From Saprolegnia diclina VS20 (Eukaryota), in assembly GCF_000281045.1 (NCBI RefSeq), contig NW_008246165.1:85604-149603 (forward strand): DNA of 64,000 nucleotides. Reading direction: 5' to 3'. Below the pieces are notes generated by a model. It made no database searches. It was not told the DNA's origin and saw only the letters and a program-made list of their open reading frames with translations. This document shows, piece after piece, positions 36,689-47,901 of the stretch (position 1 is its first letter; the number at the start of each line of letters is the position of its first letter). The translations under genes and the position numbers were made by a program.

Positions 36689-38041
36689 ATGGCGGCCTTC
36701 TACGCGCGCTCGGTGCCGAGCCGCCTCGAGGCCTCGCCCTCGTCGTCGCAAGAGTCGTCCTTCAGCTACCGGTCGCCGTCCTCCGGCAGCTTCTACGTCG
36801 ATGACACGATGCGTGCGCTGGACAACATGAGCCTCGTGTACAACGGCGAGCGCCACCCCAACTACCCGCGCGGCTCGCACCAGCGCAGCAGCTTTGCCCA
36901 GCCGCCGTCGCCCATTCGCACCAGCGACGACACGCCGCCGGCGTTCCCGTCGGACCTAGCGCTGCCGACGCGGTGTCCGCCGCCGCCGCTTATCCCAAAG
37001 ACGCGTGCACCGTCGTCCAAGACGAAGAAGAATGTGCGCTTTAGCGCGCAGCTCGTGGTCGAGCACGAGACGCCGACGTACTACGAGTCGCCGGAGAAGG
37101 CCATGTTCTACCCGGGCGGCGCCAGCTACCGCCTCTTCCACCCGGAAGAGCTGCCATGCCCGATCCTCGCCGAACTCCCGCGCTCGGACGCAGCAACCAA
37201 GCATTTGCGAAGCTGCATGCTCTTGTCGGGCGAGCTTGGCGTGAGCATGAAGTGGGGACTCATGCCGTCGACGCGCTACACCATGTGCGAGCTGTACCCG
37301 AACGAAATGCTCATCCTCAAGGAGAAGACCAAGATGAAGACCGAGGAGCAGGTCGCGCTCACCGGCGTCTCGGTCGACGTGGTCTCGCCCGTCTCCATGT
37401 CGCTCCGCATCGCCCACACACAAAAGGAGATGGTGCGGCTCTCGGTGCGCGAGGGCCAAGAGGCCGTGCTGCAGGAGTGGTACTGGATGCTGCATATCGC
37501 GATGGCCATGAAGGTCGACGTCGCCGACCCGGCCGCGTCCCTCAAGAAGAAAAAAGAGACCAAAACCCGCAGCATTTGGGTCGTCCGGGCGCCGGCGATG
37601 GACGAGCCGGGGTACCTCCCGCGCGTGACGCACCACGTCGCGTCGGCCCTCGCCGGCGCCGAGATCCAGGTGCTCCATAGCGGCGAGCCCGAGGCCAAGG
37701 CGCTCGCTGAGAGCATCAACGAGTGCGTCAACGGCAAGCCTTTGCGCGAAAGCGTCCTCCTTGGCCGGTCGGTCTTTGACCACGACCACTACTACAGCCG
37801 CGCGGCGCGGCGCAAGCTCGCGTACGACATCTTTGTATCGCGGGGTCGCATCAAGCGGCTGCTGCTGGTCGTCGAGGACGAGCTGCTGCCGACGATGATT
37901 GCCCGCGCCCAGCGCTTCCGCTCCAACGACCAAGGGCTCGGCATGGGCTACACACCGTCGATGCTCAAGGTCTGCAACGGCGTCGAGTTTGCCGTCGACA
38001 TGAAGACAGGCGACGCGACCATCGTCTCGTGCTTTGCCTAA
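36689..38041 (+). CDS. Hypothetical 450-aa protein: RVxF motif, PH-like domain, degenerate histidine-phosphatase-like domain
   Basis: Intronless codon-biased ORF; KKNVRF; beta-rich segment ending LQEWYWMLHIAM (PH-like helix); IWVVRAP...VLHSGEPEAKALAESI...LLLVVEDELL. Confidence 0.7.
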   Translation: MAAFYARSVPSRLEASPSSSQESSFSYRSPSSGSFYVDDTMRALDNMSLVYNGERHPNYPRGSHQRSSFAQPPSPIRTSDDTPPAFPSDLALPTRCPPPPLIPKTRAPSSKTKKNVRFSAQLVVEHETPTYYESPEKAMFYPGGASYRLFHPEELPCPILAELPRSDAATKHLRSCMLLSGELGVSMKWGLMPSTRYTMCELYPNEMLILKEKTKMKTEEQVALTGVSVDVVSPVSMSLRIAHTQKEMVRLSVREGQEAVLQEWYWMLHIAMAMKVDVADPAASLKKKKETKTRSIWVVRAPAMDEPGYLPRVTHHVASALAGAEIQVLHSGEPEAKALAESINECVNGKPLRESVLLGRSVFDHDHYYSRAARRKLAYDIFVSRGRIKRLLLVVEDELLPTMIARAQRFRSNDQGLGMGYTPSMLKVCNGVEFAVDMKTGDATIVSCFA

Positions 38042-38112
38042 TTTCGAGCAGTAGATTTCATTTTTCAGATTTTTGAAATTTGGTTTCCGAAAGGCCAGGC
38101 GGTTTCAGGAGC

Positions 38113-39304
38113 ATGATGGACGGCCCGAGTCTGCGCGAGGACGGGCGTGTCGAGTGCGCGCCGACCAAGCCGCGCCACGCCAAGGCCGCGCGGTCGCACA
38201 CGGGCGGGCGCATTGGCAACCAGCAGTACAGCGCCGACGCGGACGAGATGGCCGTGCTCCAGGCCGAGAACGCGACGCTGCGCCAGCGCCTCGCCGTACG
38301 CCCTGCCATCGAACAGGATGCTGAGCAATCATGTAGGACATGGAGCGTGTTTTGGCCCAAGTCGAGCAAAAGCAGCTGTACTCGACGGAGGATCTGCTGG
38401 TGCATGACGCGTGTATGTAGCGCGGACCAAGCGGAAGCGCTCGACGATATCTCCGAGCTGCTCAAGCTGGCCGAGATGGCCAAGACCGAGGCGACGTCGT
38501 TCAACCACAACACTGCGCGGGACAAGGTCCTCGCTACCTCTGCGGCTGTGCATGCAATGTCGTACGTAGATGCGCCGAGACATTCAGACGCTGCAGGCCA
38601 TTTTGAAAAAGGTTTGCAGCCGACAATACCAAGCAAAGTACGCAGCGTGTACGTAGGCCAAGGCCGAGCGCAACGACTTCAAGAAGACGATCAAGCAGAC
38701 CGAAGAGAAGCTGCGGCTGGAAATGGAGAAGAAGAAGGAGGTAGTGATTATAGACTTGGAGCGAAGCGCAGACTCGGGTGGGCGTAGGAAGGGCTCAAGA
38801 GCGAGATCGACCAAGAGATCTTCACCCGCATCATCAAGGTCCGTGCTGCAAGGCTGTGAGGTGGAGGCGCATGTACACGCAGGAGGACCGCGAGAAGTAC
38901 AGGGCACACGTCGTTGAGCTCCTTGCGCGCATCAAGTCGCTCGAGAAGGAGAAGTACGACGTCTTCCTCTGGGCCAAATCGCACCATGAGATCTACGTCC
39001 AAGTACGTAACTTTGGCTTGCAGCGTCGTTGATGGAACATGCAGGAGATGCGCAAGCTGGCGCGCGCCTTCGCCAAGGTCAAGCGCATGTCGGACGAGAG
39101 CGTATAATGGACTGTCGCTGCGTGCGATGCCTCATGCGCTACTAGACGTACGAGGCCAAGGCGTTCTACCACGACGTCATCCAGCTCAAGCATGTCGTGC
39201 TCTCGGACGCGGCGGGGCTCGAAGACGCGCTGTTGCAGCAACAAGCCAAGGACGACGACACTCGATGCGCAGCATTCGTGCTCGAGAACCACGAGTCCTC
39301 GTAG
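38113..39304 (+). CDS. Uncharacterised coiled-coil protein, multi-exon
   Basis: Heptad-rich exons (LQAENATLRQRL, FKKTIKQTEEKLRLEMEKKKE, LLARIKSLEKEK) joined by about 8 short GT-AG introns; stop TAG at 39302-39304. Confidence 0.65.
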
Positions 39305-39307
39305 TGC

Positions 39308-39864
39308 TTACTCGAGCGGGTTATAAATGATGCGTTGCATGCTCTCGCCTTGCTTGGACACTTGGACGACCATCTTGAGGTCCATGATGGCGTCGCCGTC
39401 CTTGGACTTGAACGTCGCGCTGAGAAGACCGCAGTTGGCGAGGTTGCTCGGCTTGATGTCGCTCACGTCAATGTGGGGCGTCTAGTCAATGTGGTCAATG
39501 CCAAGGCGAAGATGCACGCCGTACAGTAAACTGGAAATGGTTCTCGCCACGCGCATAGTCGGTGGCCTCCGTGCGCCCTAGCTGTGTCATCGAGGTGGTC
39601 AAGGAGCTACACGAGCAAGCGCTTGTCATGCAGCCAAGATCGATGGATAAGGATATTGATAATGTGTCGCCGAAGCACCGAGTCGACGAGGTACTGGACC
39701 TCCCAGTAGCCTTCGCGCACGGTCTGGCTCACGGCAAAGTCCACTTCGAGGTTGAGCTCGTCCGAGATGTGCGTCGGGTTGGGCGAGATGTCCACGCGCA
39801 GCACGTCGACCTTAGGCAGCTGCGTCAGGTGTTCCTCGTCGTCCGTCATCTTGGCATCGCTCAT
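39308..39864 (-). CDS. Divergent ASF1-like (histone chaperone fold) protein, 3 exons
   Basis: KVDVLRVDISPNPTHISDELNLEVDF...WEVQY...GENHFQFTTPHID resembles ASF1 KVQVNNVVVLDNP..FQFEITF..WKIIY..GRHMFVFQADAP; introns at 39584-39656 and 39482-39524. Confidence 0.65.
39584..39656 (-). other. U12-type (minor spliceosome) AT-AC intron, 73 nt
   Basis: 5' site ATATCCTT, branch point TCCTTGAC (39598-39605) about 15 nt from the 3' AC; removal gives in-frame RRHII-K-LGRTEA. Confidence 0.85.
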
Positions 39865-40067
39865 GCTGGCTGCTCGTTGGTGGTTGCGCTGCTTCGAGAT
39901 TTTGGATACGGAAACCGAAGTCGCTATCGAAGTTCGAAGCAGCATTGATCGGGTGGCATATGCCGTGTCTAGCGTATTGTATTCGGCACATGCCAATCAA
40001 AAGCGACGCATTGATTGGTCCCTTGGCGAAATGCCGAATTGAAACAAATCCACAATCCGATTTTACG

Positions 40068-43000
40068 ATGGCAAGCTCCATCGACGCGACCAAGAGCCCG
40101 AACGACCCGAAGCACTACCGGCTCCTCACGCTGCCCAACGGCCTCGAGGTGCTGCTCATGCAGAACGTTCCCGGCGCTGACGATGAGGATGACGACGAAG
40201 ACGACAGCGAGGGCGACAGCGAGGGCGATGAAGGCAGCGACGATGGAAGTGACGAGGACGATGGCAGCGAGGACGATGACGATGACATGGACGATGACGA
40301 CGAAGACGATGAAATGGGCGATGATGACGTCGACGAAGAGCTCTTGGGCGAAGATGACGAGATGGCCGACGACGGACCCGCGCCCCGCAAGGCCGGCGCC
40401 TGCTTGACCGTCGGCGTCGGCAGCTTTGCCGAGCCCGAGCATCTTCCTGGCCTGGCGCATTACCTCGAGCACATGCTCTTCATGGGTTCGTCGACCTTGC
40501 TCTCTTCGATGCGACTCATGCATGCCATATAGGCAGCGAAAAGTACCCCGACGAGAACGAGTTTGAAGCATTCCTGAGCGCCCACGGCGGCTACAGCAAC
40601 GGCGAGACCGACGTCGAGCGCACGAGCTACATGTTCGAGGTCGGGCCCAAGCACCTCGCGCCGGCGCTCGACATGTTTGCGCAGTTCTTCGTGGCGCCGC
40701 TCATGAAGGCGGACGGCCTCGACCGCGAGCTCTCGGCGATCGAGTCGGAGTTTGCGCGTGCGAGCCAAGACGATATGATCCGCTACGAGGTTCGATCCCA
40801 TGACCTCTTGCTCTCTATTTTACATGGAAGGCTGTAGCAAGTGCTGTGCGACTTGGCGCTGCCGTCGCACCCGTTCCATCGGTTCAACTGGGGCAACACC
40901 AAGAGTCTCAAGACGCTGCCGAAAGCCAAGAACATCGACGTCCGCGCCGAGATCCTAGCGTTCTACAAGGCGCACTACTCGGCCAACCTCATGAAGCTCG
41001 TCGTCTGCGGTGAGGAGCCGTTGGACGAGCTCGAGGCGTACGTCCGCGCGTCGTTCAGCGACGTGCCCAACAACGACCGCGTCGTTGCCAACTACGGTCA
41101 CCTGCCCATGCCGTTCGAGTCGTCGGCGCTCGTCCAGGTTGTGCCACTCAAGGAATCGCACGTCCTGCACTTGCACTGGCCGTTGCCGCCGCTCGTGGGG
41201 CACCACGACCTCAAGCCCGCCGAGTACGTGGCCTCGATCCTCGGCCACGAGAGCGAGGGTTCGATCCTGTATTACGTACGTCTTTTTCGCCATTTTACGA
41301 GATATATCCAGTCTTTTACGTGTAGCTCAAGGAGAAGGGGTATGTGTCGTCGATTTCAGCGGGCCTCACCGAGACGCACGGCTACGACTACGGGTCATTT
41401 GGCGCAGTCTTTACGCTCGAGATCAAGCTCACGCTCGACGGTCTCGCTGCGTACGAAGACGTCGTCGGCGTCGTCTTCCAGTTTCTCCACATGATGCAGA
41501 CGAGTTCGCTGCCAGCGTGGATCTTTGAGGAGCAAAAGACCATGGCGCAAGTCAGCTTCCGCTTCCAAGAAGAGCACGACGCGATCGAGCAGTGCGAAGA
41601 GCTCGCCGCGCTCATGCAGGTCGATGCTCGATGCCTCAGGCTATGATACCAAATGCCCTTCTAGGACATGTTTCGAATCCCAACGAGCGAGCTGCTGACG
41701 TACGAAGTGCCAACTGGCGACTTTGACGAAGCGCGCGTCCGGTCGCTCGTGCTTGACCACCTCACGACAGACCGCCTTCGCATTCTCCTCGCCTCGAGCA
41801 CCTTTGCGTCCGACGACACGGTATCTCATGATCTCCCGATGGCTGAGCGATGGTTGATGGTGCGCTAGTGGACCGAAGAGCCGTGGTTCCAAGTGCCGTA
41901 CAAGGCCCAGCCGATCCCGGGCCCGCTCTTGCAGCAGTGGGCCACGCCGTCGACGCACCCGTCGCTGCGGTACCAGGCTGTCAACCCGTTCATTCCGCGC
42001 GACGTGTCGCTCATCGATGTGCCCGAAGCCCTGGAGGCGCCGCGCAAGGTGCTTGCGACGTCGAATGCGACTGCATATTACTTTCCCGACACTGTCTTCA
42101 AGACGCCCCGGGCGTTTGTGATGCTGCACTTTTCGCTGCCGGCGATGGCAAGTCGCCCAGACGCGATCGTGCTCGGCGACGTGTACCTGCGCCTGGTCAA
42201 GGATGCGCTCAACGCGTACGCCTACTTTGCGCACGAAGCCCAGCTCTCGTACGTGCTGCACGTCAAGGACGCAAGCGGCTTTGAGCTGCAGATCGGCGGC
42301 TTCCACGACAAGCTGCTCGAGCTCGTCCATGTGGTCACCAAGACACTCGCGACCTTCACGACTACAACCGGCGAGATGCTCCGTGAAGCGCGCTTCCGCG
42401 TTCTCAAGGAAGACCTGCTGCGATTGTACAAGAATGCCCTCTTCAAGCCCTCGGCCAAGGCCAAGTACATGCGCCTGCAGCTGCTTGAGGCCTCGGCCGT
42501 GCCGCTCCCGACGCTCATTGCTGCGCTTGAAGCACTCACGTACGAGTCGCTGGTCGCTTTTGGGGTCACGTCCAAGGCCCTCTGGGCGGGCGGCCACATG
42601 ACTGCGTTCGTCCACGGCAACATCACGCAAGCCAACGCGATCGCAATGGCGTCGACGGTCGCAGGCTACTTTTCCTTTGGGAGTGCGGCGCCGCGCCCGC
42701 CGAAAGCCATCCACTCGCTGCCAGCCAGCGGCCTGGTGCTCCACGAAGAGAGTGAGAACAGTGAAGAGGTCAACTCGATCGTTGAAGTGTACTACCAGTT
42801 TGGCAACGAGACGGTCGCGACGCTGGGCATGGCCGACCTCCTCGAGCAAATGATGCAAGAGCCGCTCTTTGACACGCTGCGCACCAAGCAGCAGCTCGGG
42901 TACGAAGTCTCGTGCACGGTGCGCGTGACGCATGGCATCCTCGGCTTTGGGCTCAAGGTCGTCTCGGCCTCGACGCCGACAAGTGCGATCGCGGCCGCCA

Positions 43001-43419
43001 TGGACACCTTTGTGACCAGCTTTGCAACGACGCTCGAGACGATGGACGAAGCCACGTTCGACGACCACGTGCAGTCGCAGATCCAGGCGCGCGAAGAACC
43101 CGACGTACACCTCTTTGCAGCCACGACGCGCCATTGGACCGAGATCCAGTCGCAGCGCTTGGCCTTCGACATTGACGCGCAGCTCGTCACGTGGCTCAAG
43201 TCGCCTGGCTGCTCGCGCGACGCGGTGCGCGCACAGTACGCGCGCTGGTTCCAAAAGCCGCAGCTCCGCGTGTTGGTTGTCGGTCAAAAGAGCTCGTCGA
43301 CGCTCGAAGGCCGTGAAACGCCGCCGACGGCCGACGCGCTTTGCAGCAATGACGCTGTCCACGCGCAGAAGGCTCGTCTCCCGTGCTTTCCCGAGCGCCA
43401 CACGATCCCGGCGGTGTAG
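40068..43419 (+). CDS. M16A insulysin/nardilysin-like metallopeptidase with acidic insert, multi-exon
   Basis: KSPNDPKHYRLLTLPNGL, GLAHYLEHMLFMGS (HxxEH), RELSAIESEF, WGNTKSL, HYSANLMKL, GHESEGS, FDTLRTKQQLGY. Confidence 0.92.
40178..40373 (+). repeat. Asp/Glu-rich coding low-complexity tract (GAY/GAR)
   Basis: DDEDDDEDDSEGDSEGDEGSDD...EDDEMADD, about 65 codons. Confidence 0.85.
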
Positions 43420-43663
43420 AGGGCGCCACGTCATGGGTTTTATTTTCGGCATAACGCGAAAACAACTTGGTACCATCGTCGACACGTGCAATTTTAAACA
43501 GACTCGTGTTGACATTCGAGACACATACGTGTCGACGCAGCAGCCCCACCTCATGGCCACGCTGTGCCGAGCTTGGGTCGTGGTTCTTGAATGTGGCATG
43601 TGCCACTTTTAAGACACGGTTCAATTGCAGAGATATGACGTGGCAGCCTCGTGTGCATAATTA

Positions 43664-44920
43664 TTAATGTGTGTCGTCGTCGTCTACGTGGCCGACGTCG
43701 TCGTCGTCCAGCATGCCAATGTGGCTCGACTCGGTGTAGGCCCCGAAAAAGTCAGAGATGCCTTCGGTCTCGTCCAGGTTGAAGCAAAAGTCGGGGTCCG
43801 CCTTGAGCGGCGCGAGCTTGAAGAGCCCGTTGGTGTCCTCGTGCGCTTCCAACGGCAGCTCCTCCTTGACGATCGTCTCCGACTGCGCCTGGCTTACTAA
43901 ATAGACGTCGACGGGCCCTTCGTTGGCCTTGAGGAAGATCTGAAACCTCCGCGAGCCCGGCGGCATGCCCTCGTCCGGGTCCGGCACTTCGAGCGTCGTG
44001 CCCGGCGGCGCCTTGATGGCCATGATGCTCTGGTCGGCGAGTGACTCGAGCGACCGAATGTCCTGATGCGAAATGAAACAGCGCGCGGCGTCAGGCGATG
44101 CGGACGACGATGGCGACCGACTGCCGTCGCTCTGCTCGTCGTGCAACTGCTTGACGCTCAGCGTCATGTGCCGTATGAAGTGCTCAATGAGCTTCTCCTC
44201 TTCGACAAGCTTGGACACGTCGTCTTTCATCTTCTCCACGTCGCTCGTCAACGTGGCCGACGAGGCAAAGAGCGCGTTGCTGCTGCTACTGTCGTCGCCG
44301 TCGTCGTCTGCAAACCCGACGCCGTGCACCGACGCCCGCGCCTGGCGCACGCCCGCACCGCCTTTCCAGTGAATGTTGTTCTTGCTCGTCTTCTCGATGA
44401 GCCCAATGCCCTCGAGCACGTTTGTGATGTCGTAAATTCGCCGCTTTTGGACGCCCAGCGACAGCGCCGCCTGGTTCAAGTCGAGGTTGCCGTCGGCCGC
44501 CGACTGGATGAGAGACACAAACTTCTTCGTAAGCAGGCCCAACGAGCTGTCGTAGCGCGTGCCCGGCGAGCTCAGGTTCTTGCTGCTGCTTGACGCGCTT
44601 CCGGGCTCTGTCTTGGTCTTGGGCAGCAGCGCCGGGTCCATCGAAAGCGGTTGTGGCATGTTGCGCTTCAAGTACGAGTTCATCGGGTTGAGCGGCATGT
44701 ACGACATGCCCATCGGGAGGCCCATGTACATGGGCGCGCCGGTCGCATTCAACGTCGTGTTGGCCTGCGTGCTGTGCTTTGGCGTCTTCGCCTCGGTCTT
44801 GGGCGTCGCTGCGGGCGTGCTCAGCGCCGATGCAGCCTTGGCCTTGCCGGCGGCCGATGCGGAAGCGGTCCCATGCGACGCTCCACGCGCCCGCTTGGAC
44901 GGAGGAGGTGGCGTGTCCAT
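43664..44920 (-). CDS. E2F: E2F transcription factor
   Basis: [33 protein letters not shown]...WKG, marked box [15 protein letters not shown]...GPVDVYLV, Rb-binding [16 protein letters not shown]. Confidence 0.95.
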   Translation of the reverse strand: MDTPPPPSKRARGASHGTASASAAGKAKAASALSTPAATPKTEAKTPKHSTQANTTLNATGAPMYMGLPMGMSYMPLNPMNSYLKRNMPQPLSMDPALLPKTKTEPGSASSSSKNLSSPGTRYDSSLGLLTKKFVSLIQSAADGNLDLNQAALSLGVQKRRIYDITNVLEGIGLIEKTSKNNIHWKGGAGVRQARASVHGVGFADDDGDDSSSSNALFASSATLTSDVEKMKDDVSKLVEEEKLIEHFIRHMTLSVKQLHDEQSDGSRSPSSSASPDAARCFISHQDIRSLESLADQSIMAIKAPPGTTLEVPDPDEGMPPGSRRFQIFLKANEGPVDVYLVSQAQSETIVKEELPLEAHEDTNGLFKLAPLKADPDFCFNLDETEGISDFFGAYTESSHIGMLDDDDVGHVDDDDTH

Positions 44921-45815
44921 GGCGGCAATCTCGGAGCGTCGGCGCGGCCACCCTCAATTTCACGTCAAGCTCATTCGTTTGGCCGGATACATCTTTTTTA
45001 GCAACGCTCGTATTCTTTTGCATATGTTTTAATCCCACTTGATTATTGTATGCAAAGTCATTATAAAACGTACGACAATTTCGAAGCGCATATTATATTC
45101 CGACGCGATGCCATTGGACGAAAAGCGGCCAATGACACATTTTGTGCCAATTGTCGATCTTTTTGACCAATCGCACAGGTATGCGCACATCAACGCTCGC
45201 CCGCCTCTGCCATGCAAGCGCGCGTCCGACTCGCAATCGTTGTCGACTGGGCCCTGCTTCGATCCCGGTTAAGAGATTAGTTTAGCTAGCAGCAATACTC
45301 ACGCAAAACCCCCGAGAAAATATCCCAACAAAATCATGTAGTCTGCGTGGTCTCTGGTCGCTAGTCGGTGGTGGGGACGCCCAATCTTGCACTCCTTACT
45401 CCTTAGCTGCTACTCCAGCGTCGCACGTCGAAGAAACGACGACCTTGAGCGCAATATGACACTATTATATCTACCGAGATCTTGTCGCTGCTCGGTTTCA
45501 AAGCATACCAAGATCCACGAGCCAAGATAGTCAGTGCAAAGTGGCGCGTTTCGTCCGGAGTCAACATGTTCCCGCGCGAATCCAAGCCTGGACGCCCATC
45601 GATTCCAGGTAGCCGTATCGATTGCAGGGCATAAAAGAATAATCCCCTTACCAGGTATTTGATCGGGTCAAGCCTAAATCGTACAGTAGAACCAACGTCA
45701 ACGATATTATTCATGCTGCGAGTCTTCTCTTGTCGGCGCCAGACTGTCCTATCTTTACAGAATACTAGTCGAAGCAACCAGATCTGATTGCACCTAGTCT
45801 ATTTAAAGACAATTC

Positions 45816-47790
45816 ATGTCGTCCCGGAACATGCTGCGGCGGCGTGGCAGCTTTGTCGAGGACGAAGACAACGAGCCCAAGAAGACGCTGGCGCAGAAGG
45901 AGATCATCTCCGCGCAGATGATTGGCGTCATCCAGACGCGCCTCGACTCGCTGCGCACTGTCGGTGGGATCGACGACTCTACACACGGCAGACACACTGT
46001 CTTGTTTGGTAGCGGACGACCGCGCGTATGGCCTCGAGTGCGACTTGAAGGCCAACATTGACCACTCGTCGCGGCTCGTACGCCCTGTCTATCGTAGCTC
46101 CCACCACTCATCGCCGTCGTCTGGCAGGTTGCCCAGCTGCCCGATCCCTATACGATCCGCAGCGCTGCCACGTCACGTTCCAAGACGCCCACGACAGCCA
46201 TGAACGTGCGCACGCAGATGCTCATGGAGCGACTCTTTGGTCCGGACGACAAGTCCCGCGCCCGCAACGTACGCATGGTGTTGTCGAATACCCACGATTG
46301 TCCATGCATTAGAAGACAATCAAGAAATCCAAAGCCGAGCTCCTCAAGACCGAGACGCGGCGCAACAAGCGCGCGAACCTGGAGAAGCAACTGCAGACCA
46401 ACATTGAGCGGCATGTGACGCGCACCGTCGACAGCGTCTTGTCCTCGGACGCGCGCGGCCAAGACTCGATCGAGCTCAACGCGCGGCTACTGATATCGCA
46501 CACGATCGAACGCATGCGCATCGTGCAGGGCAAGAAGACGTTCAAGAAGTTTGCGCTCTCGGACCTCTCGTGCAAGCAATTCGAGCACCTCTTTTGGCAC
46601 GTATTTTACACCATTTTTCGCAAGGTCAATTTTGGACAATTTTGTCCTACCATATTACAAAACGCGAAATAGAAACCAACGCCGACCGACACGTCGTACG
46701 ACGAGGACATTATGGCGGCCATTTGCGGCCAGTACGTCAAGACGCTCTCGTTCCTGCGGTCGAACAAGGACCTCATCTTCCGGATCTACCCGTACGCGAT
46801 TGCGAGTGCGGTTTGCAGTGGGTTCCACTACCTCTTTCCGGGCTCGCGGCACCTCTACACCAACGACTTTAAGAGTCAAGTATGTATTCATCGATCCAGG
46901 GGTAGGGTTGCATGGGCGTAGGTGTTTGTGCTCATTTGCGAGCTTCTCTTGGGTCTCAAGCTGTGCCCGATCTCGGTGCATACGATGCGCAAGCAGTATT
47001 TTCCCGAAGACCTCCTCGACGACTTGCACGCGCCCGCAGTAGCGACGCATGCGCAGACTGCGACCAACAGCCAGCCGGATCTCCTCTCGGCGTTTGGCCT
47101 TTCGAGTGCGCCGACGCGCGAGACGGGCGAGCCGGCGCCGTTCCCTCGCTCCAAGAGCGAGTTTACCTTGGTGCGTTCGTCGCTCAGATAGAGACAAAAT
47201 GCCGATAAAGTTTGTGGTCGTAGCTTCTCGAGAAGATCCCACCGCCGTCGTCCGGCCCGCGCCTCCACCAGCTGCGCAGTCACTTCGACGCGTCGCAAGT
47301 GAGCCCGCTCATGAAAGAGTACCTTGCCAACGACAAGGACGGCGTCAAGATGCCGTGCCTACTTCGACGCACGACACCCGTGCCCAAGTGCATAGTAGGT
47401 GGCGAAGACACGTTCAAGCGCATGTACAATCTGTCTTATATTATTAGTACAACGACTAGAGATGCATGTAGGTACAACCGCAAAATGGCGCCCGCCGAGT
47501 ACGCGCACGAGTCGGCCGTGCGTTACAGCGAGTACCGCGCCGACGTGCTGCACTACCAGCGCGACGCACGTCATGCGCTCAAGCTCATCAACGAGGTGAA
47601 GTCCTCTTGGCTATTGAAGTCGATTTACTGGGTGTAGACCAAAGACATTGTTCTCAATGGCGGCAAGGCCGCCATCAAGGCGTACAAGACCATCTTGCAA
47701 AGCCAAGCCAACGGGTTCTCGGCGTCTCTCGGGAGCCTCGATGCGATTAAAGGCTTCGACCCGCCGGTATCCCCCGAGCGCCTCTCCTAA
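45816..47790 (+). CDS. FAM227 (FWWh domain)-like protein, multi-exon
   Basis: LFWHVF, YVKTL...KDLIFRIYPYAIASAV...FPGSRHLYTNDFK...LLLGL and SPLMKEYL resemble FAM227 (KDAFFQIYPDCLAQA..FPES..F..EFK). Confidence 0.7.
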
Positions 47791-47901
47791 CCTAGTCGCG
47801 TCTTCCTAGCCTAATCGCATCTCCTAAACGAATCGATAGAGTCCACGTGGGCATCGACTCGGCTGTGGTTGTCTGTGCTTTCTATGACCAAACAGGATTC
47901 A

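Noticed and set aside
41641..43599. Long antisense or alternate-frame ORFs (e.g. 652 aa here, 5514-7100, 14285-15661)
   Set aside because: Shadows of GC3-rich real genes; no independent motifs.
45300..45800. 124-aa minus ORF in lower-GC DNA between E2F and FAM227
   Set aside because: Non-ATG start, atypical codon use, no domain.
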